Source: Mytilus trossulus
Lineage: Eukaryota
Assembly (NCBI RefSeq): GCF_036588685.1
Contig: NC_086381.1
Span: 50,902,001 to 50,966,000, forward strand
Direction of reading: 5' to 3'
Length of the DNA stretch: 64,000 nucleotides
Position 1 is the stretch's first letter. Every line of letters starts with the position of its first letter. The notes under the pieces were generated by a model, which was not told the DNA's origin, did no database searches, and saw only the letters and a program-made list of their open reading frames with translations. Shown piece after piece: positions 28,901-43,500 of this stretch. The position numbers and the translations under genes are program-made.

Positions 28901-31771
28901 TAAATAATTTACTACATGTTTTTTTCTACTGTGAATATATATTATATGCAAATGTTATCTGTGTAAAGATCTGCTCATAATAAATATACTGTAAGTGTCA
29001 TTTTTTTATGATTTGAATCAAAAGTAACTGCTACTATTCAGTATAAATGTAATATACTGGGGCCCAGAATTTAAAACAAAAGGTGTGGTTCTATTTTTCT
29101 TTGCTTTATAATGTTCATTGTCCTAATATTTTCTGATTTTTGCTAGATACCCTGTTATACTTGGTTTCTTTTTATACAGTTTACATTTGTATATATAGTT
29201 CTTTGCAATGGTAATCGTCAAATTCAACAGTAAACTCTCGTTATGAAGGCCAAGTAAAATGGTTTTTTTTTAAGATAATCTAAACATGGTAAAGTTCACA
29301 AAATATTGTTTCAATTTTTGTGAAAAAGATTGCCATATAAAATGTGTTATAGGACATTCATAGACTAAATGCTCAATGGTTTCATAAGAAACCTTACAAA
29401 AAGTACAAAGCTTTGAATCTTTAAGTTTAACATTATACAAAAAAGTATGAGTTGTTGCAATTATTTTGTGTAAAAATGTGTATTAACAAGTTCTATAATA
29501 AGCACCTTTACAGGATTTTCTTTAAATAAATTAACATTCTGACCAATCTTGATTTCAAAACCTAGTGAGTTCTGCCATTGTAAGAACTTTTCTTTTGGCA
29601 GTTGCACATTTTTGTCAACAAGATCTTTGTACACACACTTTACCTTTTTGTTAAACAATAATCTTTCAAAAAATTATCAATATAGTTAAAAGGTTAACAA
29701 TTCACATGAGTAATGTTTTCGTTAATATGTTCCCTCATTTACTTTGGAATGTTTTCAATGAGAACTTAATACTTTATTTTCGAGTTTTATGTGGGCTTAT
29801 CATTTTGTACTTGTATATATATATAAGTAAACAGTGATTTAATGAATGAAGATAGAATTTGATTGATATCTTATTTAAAACATGCCCTTTTCATATTAAT
29901 ATCATATTATGCGTTCAATGCCATAATTCAGAAATCCTAACTGGAACACAGGATGTGTGTAAGAAGTGAATAACTCTTTTTTCGGACCGGGTGTGCCTTG
30001 CAAGATGTCATTATTGATTTTCAACACCAAAGTTATATCACACCCTTACGACAACAGTTCATAATGCACTTATATCAAGAACACTATGTTTTCAAATTAA
30101 TGAAAACGCATTTCCTTTTGTTAAACAAGTCTGGAAACCTGAAGTAAACTAGCGATTCCCACGAAAGCCTCGAAATCATTACCAAACACCTATCCCAAAG
30201 TACATTACCACAACAACTTTACAAAACATCTTCTGAAATGTGACATGCGTCCTTATATATAATTTGTACGGCATTCATTGGAATAGCAATCTCATTTATA
30301 ACATTAAAAAAAATAAACTAAGTGTACGAATGATCTTCAAAGGTTTCCAATCATAAAACTTAAAACAAACATTTTATAATAAAAATTCCGAAGTTGGTAA
30401 TAAAATACAATGAGCAGTGACGTGTAATGCATATTTGAACGCAGAAATGAACGCAGTATGATTGATTCCAAATTGCAAAAGAATATTTTATGTTTTCAAT
30501 TATGTTTTATCGAATATCGATGGGCGTTGAAAGAAAGTTTTCCATAATGTCACAATTTTAATTTTAATCTGAATTTGTCAGAACCATGTTGTTACAGATC
30601 ATCAAAAAGAATATAAACAACATCATTTGTTCGAGAAAAAAAATACCAACTGTTGGTTCATAACTATTCATTGGATACCAATTTTCGTGGGTTTCGTTGG
30701 TACAGTTGAACAACGAATTCAAATGTTTAACGAATTACAAATTTTCTTTAGGCTTTGTAAGCAGAGATTGGCAAATCCACGAAAATTAATACACACAAAA
30801 ATAAATGAATCCACAGTATAACTTCAAATTCCTAAGCAAAACGAACATTTCGATATATATGAAATGAAGAGTAATGAACACATTATCAAAATAAAACGGT
30901 CACATGGTGGTTCACCACTATAATGTCACACTATCGTTAAAATATGATGTTTTTGACGTTCTCTCTTTAGGTAATGTATGTTTGCGTTTTGGTGTTTAGA
31001 AACGTACCTATTTTATGAAACGATTACCTAAAATATGAATCTTCACTACTTTGTTTACTTCACTTTGTTGAAATGCATTCCTCGTTTCAATTTAACATTG
31101 TTTTTTGGGAATGAATCCTGATTTTGAGAACATTTCAATTTGACAGCAACTATACAACAACCAAAAAATCATACTATTTACACAGATCGTGCGATTACAA
31201 ATGTTGAAATTCAAATACAACTTGCATCGACCATGTATAACAATCGTATCAATTAGAATGCTGATCAATTTTGACTTCTAATAAATTGACCCAAACTGCA
31301 AAAATACAAATTGGAAGATTTCTCATATTTGCGATTATAGCTACAGTTAAATTAGGCGTTGCCTAGGCCATTACAGACTTCCTCGACCAGTATTACAAAC
31401 CTTGGACATATAACAGGGTCATCATAAAAATGACCCTTCATTAATATTATAATGTAACTTACCTTAGGGAATGCTGAGGCTCCTAGAAAGCTATTTCCAG
31501 TGCTTTTGATGAGCTTACCATGGTAATTCGTTTCCCCTGGTTCATCATCAAATATCTGACAAGACTTATTCACTGTGATAAAGTTTATAGATTTACATAA
31601 TTGTACTCTGGAGCAAAACTGGGCACACACTGACCACATTGGCAACGTCTGTTCAAACAGGATATGTCCTGTATATATTTTGTCTTTTTGTTTTTTGATG
31701 ACGACTATTTCACACAAAGTCCAGACAAAAAGAAAAACCAATAATAAAATCAACATGATCAAGCGATACAT
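22914..31771 (-). CDS. Secreted PAN/apple domain + short Cys-rich (EGF-like) module + F-type lectin (fucolectin/FTP) domain protein, ~281 aa, 4 exons
   Basis: Exons 31771-31463 (signal peptide, CAQFC..VQLCKSINF..SCQI PAN pattern), 26980-26866 (ELAGPCKGHGCKPNEVC..YTCIP), 26068-25856 (VAYGKSCKQSS..AVDGD..YAHT..PYWFVDLG..IEIFNR) and 23122-22914 (RRLHD..LCTHYTG..ARYVKL..LHVAEVKVY*). Phases 0/1/1 are compatible. The exon-3 acceptor is purine-rich (aaaag) and less certain. Confidence 0.8.
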
Positions 31772-34700
31772 TTTTGTAAACAGTTCCTGTGTGATGTTTT
31801 CAGTGCTGTTCTGAAAACATTTTCCAGATCCTTTCGTAAGGACTTAAATCTTTTTTCGGTTGTCACGGGAGATTCTTTTTTAAATAAAAATAATTTAATT
31901 TGAATCCCTTTTAAACACTTAACAACAAATGGAGTGCAGTCTTAATTGCTCATTAGGCGCTGAACAGATGATTTTTCCTACATTGAAACATATACTCAGT
32001 ATCATCTACGATTTAAATGCAAAAGTAAGTTGTAAAATGATATGCAATTTCAAAATTATCGTTTTCAAAATTTCAATCTATAGAATAGCTAATGGAATAT
32101 TTCCATGAGAATATTCACAGTTCTATGCAAGCAAATGACTAATCAAACCAGAAAATATACTTATTGACCGGCTATGATGACAGAGCAAGTTTATTGGCTC
32201 TTGAAGCGCCAACAATTTACCAACTCGAGGCGGAGGGACATAATAAGTTGCCGTCAATTTGCAAGTTGGACAGTAAATTTGCTGATGTCCTAATAACCTG
32301 TATATAAGTGTTTTATTGTACAGAAAAACTAGTAGATAAATTCGGTATGGACGTCATAATCATTTTAATGCTCATATAGCACAGTAGCAGTATCAGACTC
32401 CATACAGTATTATCGTTCGGATTATACTTCATTTTCTCTGCATAAAGTACAGAAAAATATCCCGTTAAACCACTATTTTTTGTTAGGAATTGGCTTCTTT
32501 ACAAACATTCAAACTGAACTAACACAATACATGTATGTAACTGACAGAATTTCCCTACTGTTGATAGTAAACAAAGACAATCATAGTCTCTGATCACATC
32601 GGCAAACTTTACATAGTATAAATTCATATGCGCAAAAACTTCTAACTTGAGAATAATTTCAGATAAAGTTTCAGTTAAATATTGCATAAAAGGATCAAAT
32701 AAATAATAAAAATTAAATATCGGACAATAACAAATGAATAATATCCGACAACACCAGCTATCATCGCCGACTTCTCATAGAAAAAAGGAAAAACAAACTT
32801 GCATAAGGAAATAATGGACCCACAATTTGAAAAACAAGGTTGACATGTTCTCGCTTCTTAATTAGAAACTGAGTGTAGAAAGCGGCTGGTTAAAAAAACG
32901 CGTAAGAAGAAATATATAACAAACATCAATTCTTATTATTAATTTTAAATCACTCTTATCTTAAAATGTTATTGAAATCAGCAGCATTAGAGAGAGGTTA
33001 ATAGGTAAGTAAGCTTTCACAATATCGAAAGGAAAAATATCTTCATTTCAAATAAATCAGCTGGTGAACATCTTCCTGTGAGATCTTCCTGAATTAAATA
33101 ATATAACTTTGAATGCTATGTTCTGTTTATGAGATTGTGATATACGGTAGGTCATCTACACAACTACTTTTCCACCTGTCTATTTTCATTACTACACATT
33201 TACAATACTAAACATGTACTAAAAAGTGTAGTGTAGTACCAAGTCAGGAATATGGCCATTGTTTTTTTTATAGTTCGTTTCTATGTGTGTTACATTTTAA
33301 CGTTATGTCGTTTGTTTTCTCTTATTTTTGAGTGTGTGTTCACATTACCTTCAGAAGTGTCACGGTTCTTGTCTATCCCAAATTCATGTGTTCGGTTTTG
33401 ATGTTATGTTTGTTGTTTTCGTGGGATTTTGTCTGGTGCTTGGTCCGTTTCTGTGTGTGTTGCATTTTGATGTTGTGTCGTTGTTCTCCTCTTGTATGTA
33501 ATGCGTTTCTCTCGGTTTTTGTTTGTTACCCGATTTTGTTTTTTGTTCATGGATTTATGAGTTTAGATTGCGGTCTTCTACTGTTGCCTTCATTGACGCA
33601 GCAATTTCAAATTTGTCAACCTTAACAATACTCGATGTTTTCTTCCCATTTCATGTACAGGTTTTGTACTATTAACGAAGGTTCCAAAAGTGTATAGTAC
33701 TTTTTTTTTATTACAATTTGATATGAAATTTTATTAAAATGTTAAATTTTAAAAGAACTGTTCTGGTACAAAATTGTGAATACCAAAAATGTACTACAAT
33801 GTATAGCACATACATATTTAAAGTATAAAACTGATTTGTATAGCATTGCTATTTGATTAATTGTCTAAATTGTATAACACTTTTTTCACGCGTAGAAAAC
33901 CATGTTAGTGGATTCCTTACTTCTTATTGCTTAATGATCTTGAGGGATCAGCACAAGTTAACGTGCCATGTGTGCCCTTCCTTTTATCATTAACTTTCGT
34001 CTTGATAACTTGTGATTCTAAAACATTGCGTGAAATTTAAATTTCCCAACCGCAAACCTCCCTTTATTTTATCTTTACAAGTAGTTTTGTAAATAGATTT
34101 TTTTTAGTTGTGCAGATTTTTTCTCCCCACCTTTGCTATTATTTGTCATTTATTCAATTGATATCATTTTAGTTGATGTAATTTCGTATTAATTATGTAT
34201 TATGATTGCATATTAATCATTAACTTTTATGTCAAATGTTTTATTTGCAAATTGTATTTTTTTTGCATTTTATGATTTTGAAATAATGACCTTTTTTCTT
34301 CAATCTTGATTTTATAGATATAGCAAAACAAGCTCAATGTCTGGCTGACATATTTATATGTCCATAGGTTTATAGTTTCTGTCTGTCTGTCTTAAATTGT
34401 GTCACTGAAATTTGTTAATAATTTCGATGTACCATAAAAGTACCACATTAATTTTGTACTTTAAATTTATAGTACTAAAACATTAAAGTATGCTTTACCA
34501 AATCGTACAATTTGTGAAATGTACTCGCAATAGGATGCATAAAGACAAACTTTGCAACCTCCTTCAATCAAACAGGAAAGTTTGTTATGGCAATGTTGAA
34601 ATTATCTCTAAAGACATTTTGGAATGATTGTTTTCCATTTTGTACCGATACAGTAAAGTGTAAAAAAAGAAACCAGTATAAACAAGTATTATTTACTTTA

Positions 34701-37009
34701 TTAAGCTATAGTTGTATAAGTTAAATACATTCCGCATTTGATAAACTCAGAAATATCAACAGTAAGTTAATACTTAAACTCCAGCAATAATTGTAACACA
34801 TGTCCAATCATATTTTTTCAATTTTCAATTTTTTTATTTTTTTCCATAGAAAAAAATGCATAACTTACAGTAAAGAAAAAAGTTGAGCGCAGTTACAATG
34901 GTTTTGCAATCAGATAGTTCGACCATTTTGCATTACCTCAACAAACAAAAATATTGTCATTAACTTTAATTGCAACAATAGAATTTGAGATCTACTTGAT
35001 TAAAATACCACTCACATGATTTAATTAATCTTTTTTTTTTATCAGATAATGTTAAACAGTACTGTATAATGTAGACACATTATAAATGTCCACTGATATT
35101 AATGGATGAGTTTTTCTAAGACTCACAAGAGATGTTCATATAAAAAATACTCCATATCTGTGTTTTATAGAATATATTATAATTTTGAATAATGATATGT
35201 TTACGGAAGAAGTAGCTATGGTAATAAGTACGAATGTCTAAAAGGAGTTTATTTGACAGAAGATAATTGTGGGATTCATAAATAATAATTTAGCTTAGAT
35301 GACCAATACAAATCAGATCACAAGGATAATGGCTCCACGCTTTAATGTATTAGTTTTAGGTTACTTGGTTTTATTTTATGTATGATTTATAAATAGTTCT
35401 CGACAAAAGCTTAAAAAGGAAAATTACACCCTGTAGGTTGCACTTTGTAAATACAGCTGTTTCTGAAAACACGCCTCTTTTAGGGAGAAATTGAATATTC
35501 ATAGAAAATTAATTTTGTTTACATACTGGTTCCTAGATATATAAAATGTATGCTCTCTGTGTTCCATATCGTAGAGACAGAACTTGGGAATTTTACCAGT
35601 AAATACACATGTGCATATTGTTAAAATTGAAATCTGTGGTAACTTTTCATTCGAGGTAGGGGTAGTTAAGAAAATTAGTGTTAGTTTAAACTCTGAGAAG
35701 TTCAGGGCATAGGTGATTAGAAACTAAACAAAATGATAGAATTGTTAAATACTTCAGGAAAAGATAGCTTTCAGAAACTGCTTTGAGAATATCAAAAGAA
35801 AAGAAAGGGTCACCGTACGTTTTTCCAACTAAAATACAAAATAGGAAAATTCCTTGTAGAACCCTTCAGAAAATGCACTGTTTTAGAGCTACCTCTCCTT
35901 AAAATGCCAGTTTTCAAAATAAAGAAAAACAACCAAAAATTGTTAACATTTGCAAAAATATTAATATTTATTAGTTATAGTCTTATAAATTGGTTCTTAT
36001 AAATGAAAATTCACATTAAATATCTGCATTCCTGCATCAAATTTTGCTAACTTGATAGAAAATCTGGACCTTTGGTTCTCTGTTTTTTTACAATCCAAGA
36101 TGGAGGAAGACACCCATACCACCTTAAAGGATGACTGTAATATATTTTTCTGTCTATGAAGAAATAACATTTTAAATGTTAAGCACGCTGAATAACGCGT
36201 GTAGCTGGTTATTTTCAAGTGAGCACGGCATGTTTCATGTTATTTCGAATGGAAAGATAAAATATTAAAGTCATTCCTTATAATTTAATTCTAAATTCCA
36301 TTTTCAGCTGCAGAACATCACGAAAAAAAGTTGATGACGTCACGGTTTCATGTCAAAATTACGTGTATGAGTTGATAGACAAAACAACGTCAGTCAATCA
36401 GAAAACGCGTAACATCCAAATGAATTATTTAGCCAGAATAATCATAAGGTGCATACACTTTGACCTCAGCCACATGTAAGGTATTTGTTCCTCGTAGCAT
36501 CAATTTCACATAACGTGCCTTTTCGTCATATTGACATATAAGCACAAGATGTTCTCCGAGTTGAGCCGGTCCTGTGTAGTGGATACATAGATGCATGTTA
36601 TTTAATGAAGTACCAACAATAATGTCAAAGTCACGCAGACGTCGTCCTGAAACAAATTATAATTAAAAGTTATTATTTTCCCTATCATTAGATTGCAGTT
36701 TATTTAGGTGTGCTTTTTTTGTATAGACTTTTTCTTGTTTGTCATGTTAATGCATTGCCTTTTGTTCTAGTTTAACACTGACGGATGGATTGACATCTCC
36801 TCCTTATTTTGAATACACAAAGTACGTTAATAGTATCTTTTTCGAAATTTGACTTATTTAGCTCTAATGCTTAACATCTGTATCAATTTCAGCGGATTCT
36901 GTTTCTAAGAACGTAAAAGGCATGCCAAAAAAATACCTAATCAAATATCTGAAATATGTCATAAAAAATAGATAATATAAAAGTATTATACCAGGTTAAA
37001 TTCGATATC

Positions 37010-37520
37010 AAAAGTACCATGATTATAATTCAGTACGCCAGACGCGCGTTTCGTCTACATAAATCTCATCAGTGACGCTCATGTCAGAATATTTATAAAG
37101 CCAAACAAGTACAAAGTTGAAGAGCATTGAGGATCCAAAATTCCAAAAAGTTGTGCCAAATATGGCTCCGGTTATTTGTGCCTGTAATAAAAAAATCATT
37201 AGTTTTTTGAAATATTCAAAAGTTTTGTAAACATGAAATTTATAAAAATGACCACATTATTGATATTCATGTCAACACCGAAGTGTTGACTACTGGGCTG
37301 GGGATACCCTCGGGGACGAAACGTCCACCAGCAGTGGCATCAGTTTTTTTCTACTAAAAGATAGATATCAGTTTTTTTTCTACTAAAAGATAGATATCAG
37401 TTTTGACATTTTGTACGTCAGATGCGCGTTTCTTTTACAAAATACTGATCAGTGATGCTCGAAAAAAACCTTAAACAGACCACCTAAAGTTCGAAGTTGA
37501 AGATCATTGATAACATAACA
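37010..37520 (-). mobile_element. Hammerhead-containing repeat (retrozyme-like), one full unit plus a degenerate second hammerhead
   Basis: 37035-37080 reverse complement is gagcgtcaCTGATGAgatttatgtagacGAAAcgcgcGTCtggcgt; a degenerate copy lies at ~37415-37460. Further decayed copies at ~25030, ~41705, ~51775 and ~55000. Confidence 0.65.
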
Positions 37521-39779
37521 TTCTGAAATGTTTTGCCTAATACAGAGTGGTGGTGTGCTAAAAAAATCATACATTGTCAATTAGTATATAAAAGATTTAT
37601 CGGTGGCCGGTATGCGCCTTCATGTTCTATGTTGCGAAAACGCGAAGTCCAAAAGACGATTTTTCTTACCGATTTCGCCTTTTATTATTTAACCAGATTA
37701 CTGTTTACATGGACATGTTCTATCTATTTGTGGGAATGTATTAAAAGAATATAATGCACATTTCTATTTCCTTAGGAATTCATTCATAAAATTCAAGCAT
37801 TTTTTTTTCAAAAAAGAAAAAAACTAATAAAAAAAGAATTAAAGAAAACTGTTAAAATGTCGTTTTTGATGTAACCTTAAAACAAATGGTTCTAATAAAA
37901 TTATAATTCAATGAGGAAATTACAATATTGTAACAATTCCTATATACTTATTACTTTCTTCCTATAGAACAGGTTCATGTAAATCTGATCAATTAACAAA
38001 AGGCGAAAAGTTGAAAATGTTAAATCGCAATAAAGATAGAATTGCGAAATGATGACATCTCGAAAAGGCGATCAAAAAGACGAAAGGACGAGAACTCGCA
38101 GTTGAAACGCGAAATCATAAAGAAAAAAAATCGCGTTTTAACGTTTTCGACATCGCGATTTCGCCTTTTTACGTTTTTGAAGAGCAAGAACGCGAAAAAT
38201 CGGAATGGCATTGACCGGCAACCAACGTGACCTGACCGATATATCCGATCACGTAGATAGAGCTTTACTCACCTGTAGCTCCAGATCCTTGCTTTCTGTT
38301 GAATACCAATCTGCTTTATTTGGTATGTGTTTCCATGGTCAACAATCCAGTAAGGTGAATAACTGCGTTTTGTGTGCATATATGTATACAAATCTCCATC
38401 AACAGCCTCGGAAGTAACCCCATGTGTGTTTGAACTTTGTTGGCATGACTTTCCGAACGCAACTTACTTTACACGGATTTCTTTGAAGTTTGAAAAGGAT
38501 AAAATAAGATAAACATATTTATAAAAATATAAGGAGGTAACAACATGTAAACTACTGCAGAAAGATACAACATACATGTAAAAAGCATCTCTAATTAACA
38601 GATATAGCTGGGTGTGGCCACATAAAATAAAACTAGATGTTTCAAAGCAACACGAATGACCCCGTCCCAAAAAATGAAAAATCTGCAATTCTAATAGCAC
38701 ACTTGGACACAAAGATGATGGTAGTCTCACATATAAAAAATCAGCTCAAAATCTGGAGGTGTAAAGTCTGTAATTTTAGCAAAATTATCGGAGCGGAACG
38801 AAACTTAAACTTGATCTGTAACTCATCATGGTTAACTCACATACCAAAAATCAGCCCAATATCTGAAGGTGTTAAGAAAAAAATGCGTATATCTGTGATT
38901 TTAAACAATTTCGAAAAGTCCTTAGCCCATAATTTTCGCAAAAAATAGTGAGCGGAACGAAACGTAAACTTTATCTGTAACTCATCATGGTGAAAACAAC
39001 TCCGTGTAATGGTTTATGACGGAATGACAGAATTACGGAATGACAGATAAGGGTAAAACTGTATGGCATCGACAACTTCGTTGCGGGGTCATAGAAAACA
39101 TATCAGGGTTTTGACTATAAAATATATATATGTGGCTTTGTTGTTCTTTCTTTCAAGATGAGAGGAAAAGAAGGGGTAGTGGAGCAAATTAACGTTTATT
39201 ATTCTAATAGTTATTTTTTTAATTTTATTTGTTACTTTTTATGACATTGTCGTATGCAATCTACGTCGAATTTAAGTTTAATCGCTACTATATTATGTAT
39301 GTACTCTTATATGTTAAAAATGCATGCTATCAGAGAAATTTAGTAGATAGCTTTAGAGTCTCGAAAACACATTTTAAGAGAAAGATGCCTTGAAATAAGG
39401 ACTCTACCAGAAATATGAGAAGACAGAGCAATCCATACTTAGTGTTGTGGGGAGCCTTTTCAGACGTGTTGACCTAATTCTAATATTTTGCTATAATACA
39501 AAACTTTCCCCTTTACAAATATACAGTTTTACGTAAATGAAATTATATGTGTAACAATAACAACAAATTATTCACCAAAAGAGAAGCATTTATGACCCTA
39601 TTTAGAGTGCGGCTTAAATTTCAGTTTTATTTAAGGACAAATTCAAACCTCCAAGTCAGTAATATAAGATGTTTTGTTTTAGGTTGAACACTTCGGTTTC
39701 TCATTTATTATGACATTTTTTGGGCATAAACGCGTGAAAGTTGTCCAATAGACCAAAAAATCAAAGACGTTTATTAGTA

Positions 39780-40590
39780 GTTGGAATTAGTTCGAAAAAC
39801 TAAAGAGTTTCCTATCCCAGGCATAGATAACCGGGGCAGTATTTGGCACATTGTTTTGCATCCTCAATGCTCTTCTACTTTGTGCTTGTTTGGCTATATA
39901 ACTATTTAGTTCTGAGCGTCACTGATGAGTCTTATGTAGACGAAACGCGCGCCTGGCGTATTAAATTAAAATCCTAACTATTAAAGCCGTTAGATCGATG
40001 CCACTGCTGAAGGACCTTTCGTCCCCAACCGTATCGCCAGCCCAGTAGTCAGCATTTCGGTGTTGACATGAATATCAACTATGTGGTAATTTTTATAAAA
40101 AAATAAATTTGTTCGAAAAACTAAGGATTTTCTTAACCCAGGCATAGATAACCTTATCAGCATTTGGCACAACTTTTTTGAATATTTGGTCCTCAATACT
40201 CTTAAACTATGTGCTTTTTTGGCTATATAACTATTTAGTTCTGAGCGTAACTGATGAGTCTTATGTAGACGAAGCGTGCGTCTGGCGTATTAATTGATAA
40301 TCCTGGTACCCTAGATAACTATTTACACCACTGGGTTGAAACGACTGCTGAGGGAAGTTTTGTTTCCGAGGGTATCGCTAGCCTAGTAATCAGCACTTTA
40401 GTGTTTACCTGAATATCAGCTATGTGGTCATTTTTTTTTTGATTTCCTGTTTTAAAAACTTTGAATTTGTTTGGAAAACTAAGGAATTTCTTATCCTATG
40501 CATATATAACCTTAGACATATTTCGCACAACTTTTTTTGGCATTTTCGGTCCTCAATGTTATTTTACTACGTACTTGTTTGGCTTCATAA
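39780..40590 (+). mobile_element. Tandem ~330-bp hammerhead-containing repeat (non-LTR retrozyme-like), ~2.5 units
   Basis: gagcgt(c/a)actgatgagtcttatgtagacgaa(a/g)cg..cg(c/t)ctggcgta at ~39914-39960 and ~40243-40289 (period 329), with surrounding sequence also repeated. Each hammerhead carries one core mutation. Confidence 0.7.
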
Positions 40591-43500
40591 AATTTCATCT
40601 TTATTGGTCCACACAATATATTCTATGATGATGCTGCTTGTTTTGAACAACGGCCAAGTATCTCGATGAAGTGGTATTTGAATCCCTCTATATGTGGTGT
40701 TAAACAATAAAACATTTGTTTTTCTTATATACTTACGTTGACTGTTTTCAATAAACTGTACAAATACAGGGATGCAGGTGTAAGGCGGTGACTGTGGAAT
40801 ACACACTTCAGTAAGCTTACAGCCATGACCTTTACATGGACCAGCTAGTTCCTAAAATCATCAAAACAAATACAACTTTAATATCTTACATGGAACTTTA
40901 ATATCTTACATGGTTGGTGTCTACAGAAGAAATTGATGGGGTTAAACATCATGAAAAAACATAATAAAAATAATAAAGAATAGATACAAACAGGCCAACT
41001 TCAACAGACTAGATAATAATGGGGGAATAAATAAAGGATTAAGTAAAATTGCCTTAAATATCTTTAAAATACAGAAATGAACGAACTCCGATGCATACTC
41101 TTTTACATGCATTTCTTTTTCTTTTTTCAAAGACTTTCTATATTATAGCGCTGATGATTACGACTGCTGATATTTTCTAAATGACGTCAAACATTATGAA
41201 ATCTTCCAATTGTTTACAGAATATAACTTGTTTTTGAAATAAAAATATTTGATAAGGAGAGAGCATTGAGGTTCACATTTAAACACTAGTTTAGTAGAAA
41301 TATAAAAATGTCGAATATATTATCACATGTTTAGGTATTAAAAAACAGTATTTAAAAAAATGATATGTGCTGAGCACACACCCAGTGAATGACTTATCGT
41401 GATTTGTTTCAACAATATTTTGAATAAAAAAGGAGCGAGAGATACCAGAGTGACATTCAAACTCATAAAACGAAAATTAAATGACAACGCCATTTCTCTA
41501 TTTATCGCTTTAACGTTGTAAATAGTGTTATTGATATACATATTTTATTGAATGCATTTCCTAATATCAAGAGAAATTAGTTTATAAAAAATGCACTTTA
41601 ATAAGTATGTGTGTTCTCTTTTCTTTCTCAATGACTGAAAATAAAATGTTTAGGAATATTTATAAATAAACTCATCAAAGATACCAGGATTAAACTTTGT
41701 ATTTACGCCAAAAGCCAGTCTCATCTACAAAAGACTCATCAGTGACGCTCGAATCCAAAAAAAAAATAAAAAGGCCAAATAAAGTTCGAAATTAAAAAGC
41801 ATTGAGGACCAAAATTCATAAAAGTTTTGTCAAATACAGGCAAGGGTATCTATTTCTGAGGTCTAAAACCTTAGTATTTGAAATGTTCAAACGATTTGTA
41901 AACAGTAAAGCTATACATATGACAATATCAATGATAAAACATATCAGCGCAGAAGTGCTGACTACTGGGCTTGTGATACCCTTAGGAAATTAAAACTCCA
42001 TAGTTTGAATTTGATCGTTAAATACAAATTCTTTTAACACTGAAAATTTTTAAAGTTTTGTTTTTGTTTATTCCATTCACAATACACAGTATGTGCTTAT
42101 TCGAACTCGTTTCAAGTAAGTGGTGAGTTGGATGAAAATAACTATAGACATGATAGATGATGACGCAAAAAAGATTCAACAACAAAAACTGTCTGCCGAA
42201 AAATTGTTACGAAAGCACATCGAACTATCTTATTCCTGCTTTTAGGGATATGACGCCAAAACTGGTCAAACAAATTATTGCAGTATAAATACATACATTT
42301 AATTATACATACCTGAGGGAATGTTGAGGCGGCTACAAAGCTATTTCCTGTACTGTCAATGAGTTCACCATAATAATTATCTTCTCCAGGCTCAGCATCA
42401 TATATCTGACAAGACTTATACGACATGATAAAGTTTATTGATTTACATAATTGTACTCTGAAGCAAAATTGGGCACACACCGACCACATCGGCATCGTCT
42501 GTTCAAACAGCTTATACCCAGTTTATATTTTATCTTTTTGTTTTCTTATGACGACTATGTCACACAAAATCAAGTCAAAGAGAAAAACTAATACGAATAT
42601 CAAGTGATACATTTTTGTACTTTGAAATACCCTGTTAATATGTTAATTTTTCAGCGCTGTTTCGCAATCTGATAACATATGTGTGTCTTTCAGATCTTTT
42701 CATGTGAACTAAATGTCTTTTCGATGGTCACGGGCGATTTTGTTTCAATTGAAATTCTTTAATTTGAATCCCTTTCAAACTCTTAACCATGTTAATTAAT
42801 GAATTCTAAATTGTTCTTCCATGCGCTAAAAAGATGTTTTTTCTTCCAAATTGAAATATATCATCAGAACCATCTACTATTTAAATGCACAACTACTGTA
42901 AAATTCATAGGTAATTTTAAGATAATCGTTTTCAAAATTAAAATCCATGACATTGCAATTACTGGATTCTAATGAAATATTTCCATTTAGAATATAAAGA
43001 GTTTCATATATGCAAATGACTAATAAAACCAGGAAGTACACTTATTGAATTATGGGAACATTAGCAAGTTTATTGTCCCCAGAGATGCCACCTAGTTCCA
43101 AACTCAAAGCGGAGGGAAATAGTTGGTCGTCCAGTTGGACAATAAACTTGCGGATGTCCGAATAGCCAGTAGATAAGTGTTTTATACAGAAAGTTATTCA
43201 TTTTCTACTGTTACTCTCACAACTGTTCTCAATGACATATTTTGGATTAACCTTTTTTTATTTGAAGCAGACGCCGTAAGATTCCAAAAAGCTACATTCT
43301 GTAGTGACGTCATAATAATTTTGATGCACACAAATAGTACAGGTGCAGTATCAAACTCTTTACAGCGTTATCGTTCGTTTCCCGTTAAGAGACTATTTTT
43401 GGTCAGTAGAGGTCTACTTTAACTTGAAAAGGGTGAATTCGTGCAAGACAACTATAACAATTCGATTTATGTTTTTCTTATTGTTTACGATCATGCGATC

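Larger units (their letters stand above)
36429..42612 (-). pseudogene. Pseudogene paralog of the PAN-EGF-like-F-type lectin gene
   Basis: Homologous exons 42612-42313, 40851-40737, 38480-38273 and 36646-36429 with intact splice sites. In-frame TAA at codon 30 (42523-42525; TAT in the paralog), a second TAA at 38464-38466 (GAA in the paralog) and a frameshift near 38320. Confidence 0.82.
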
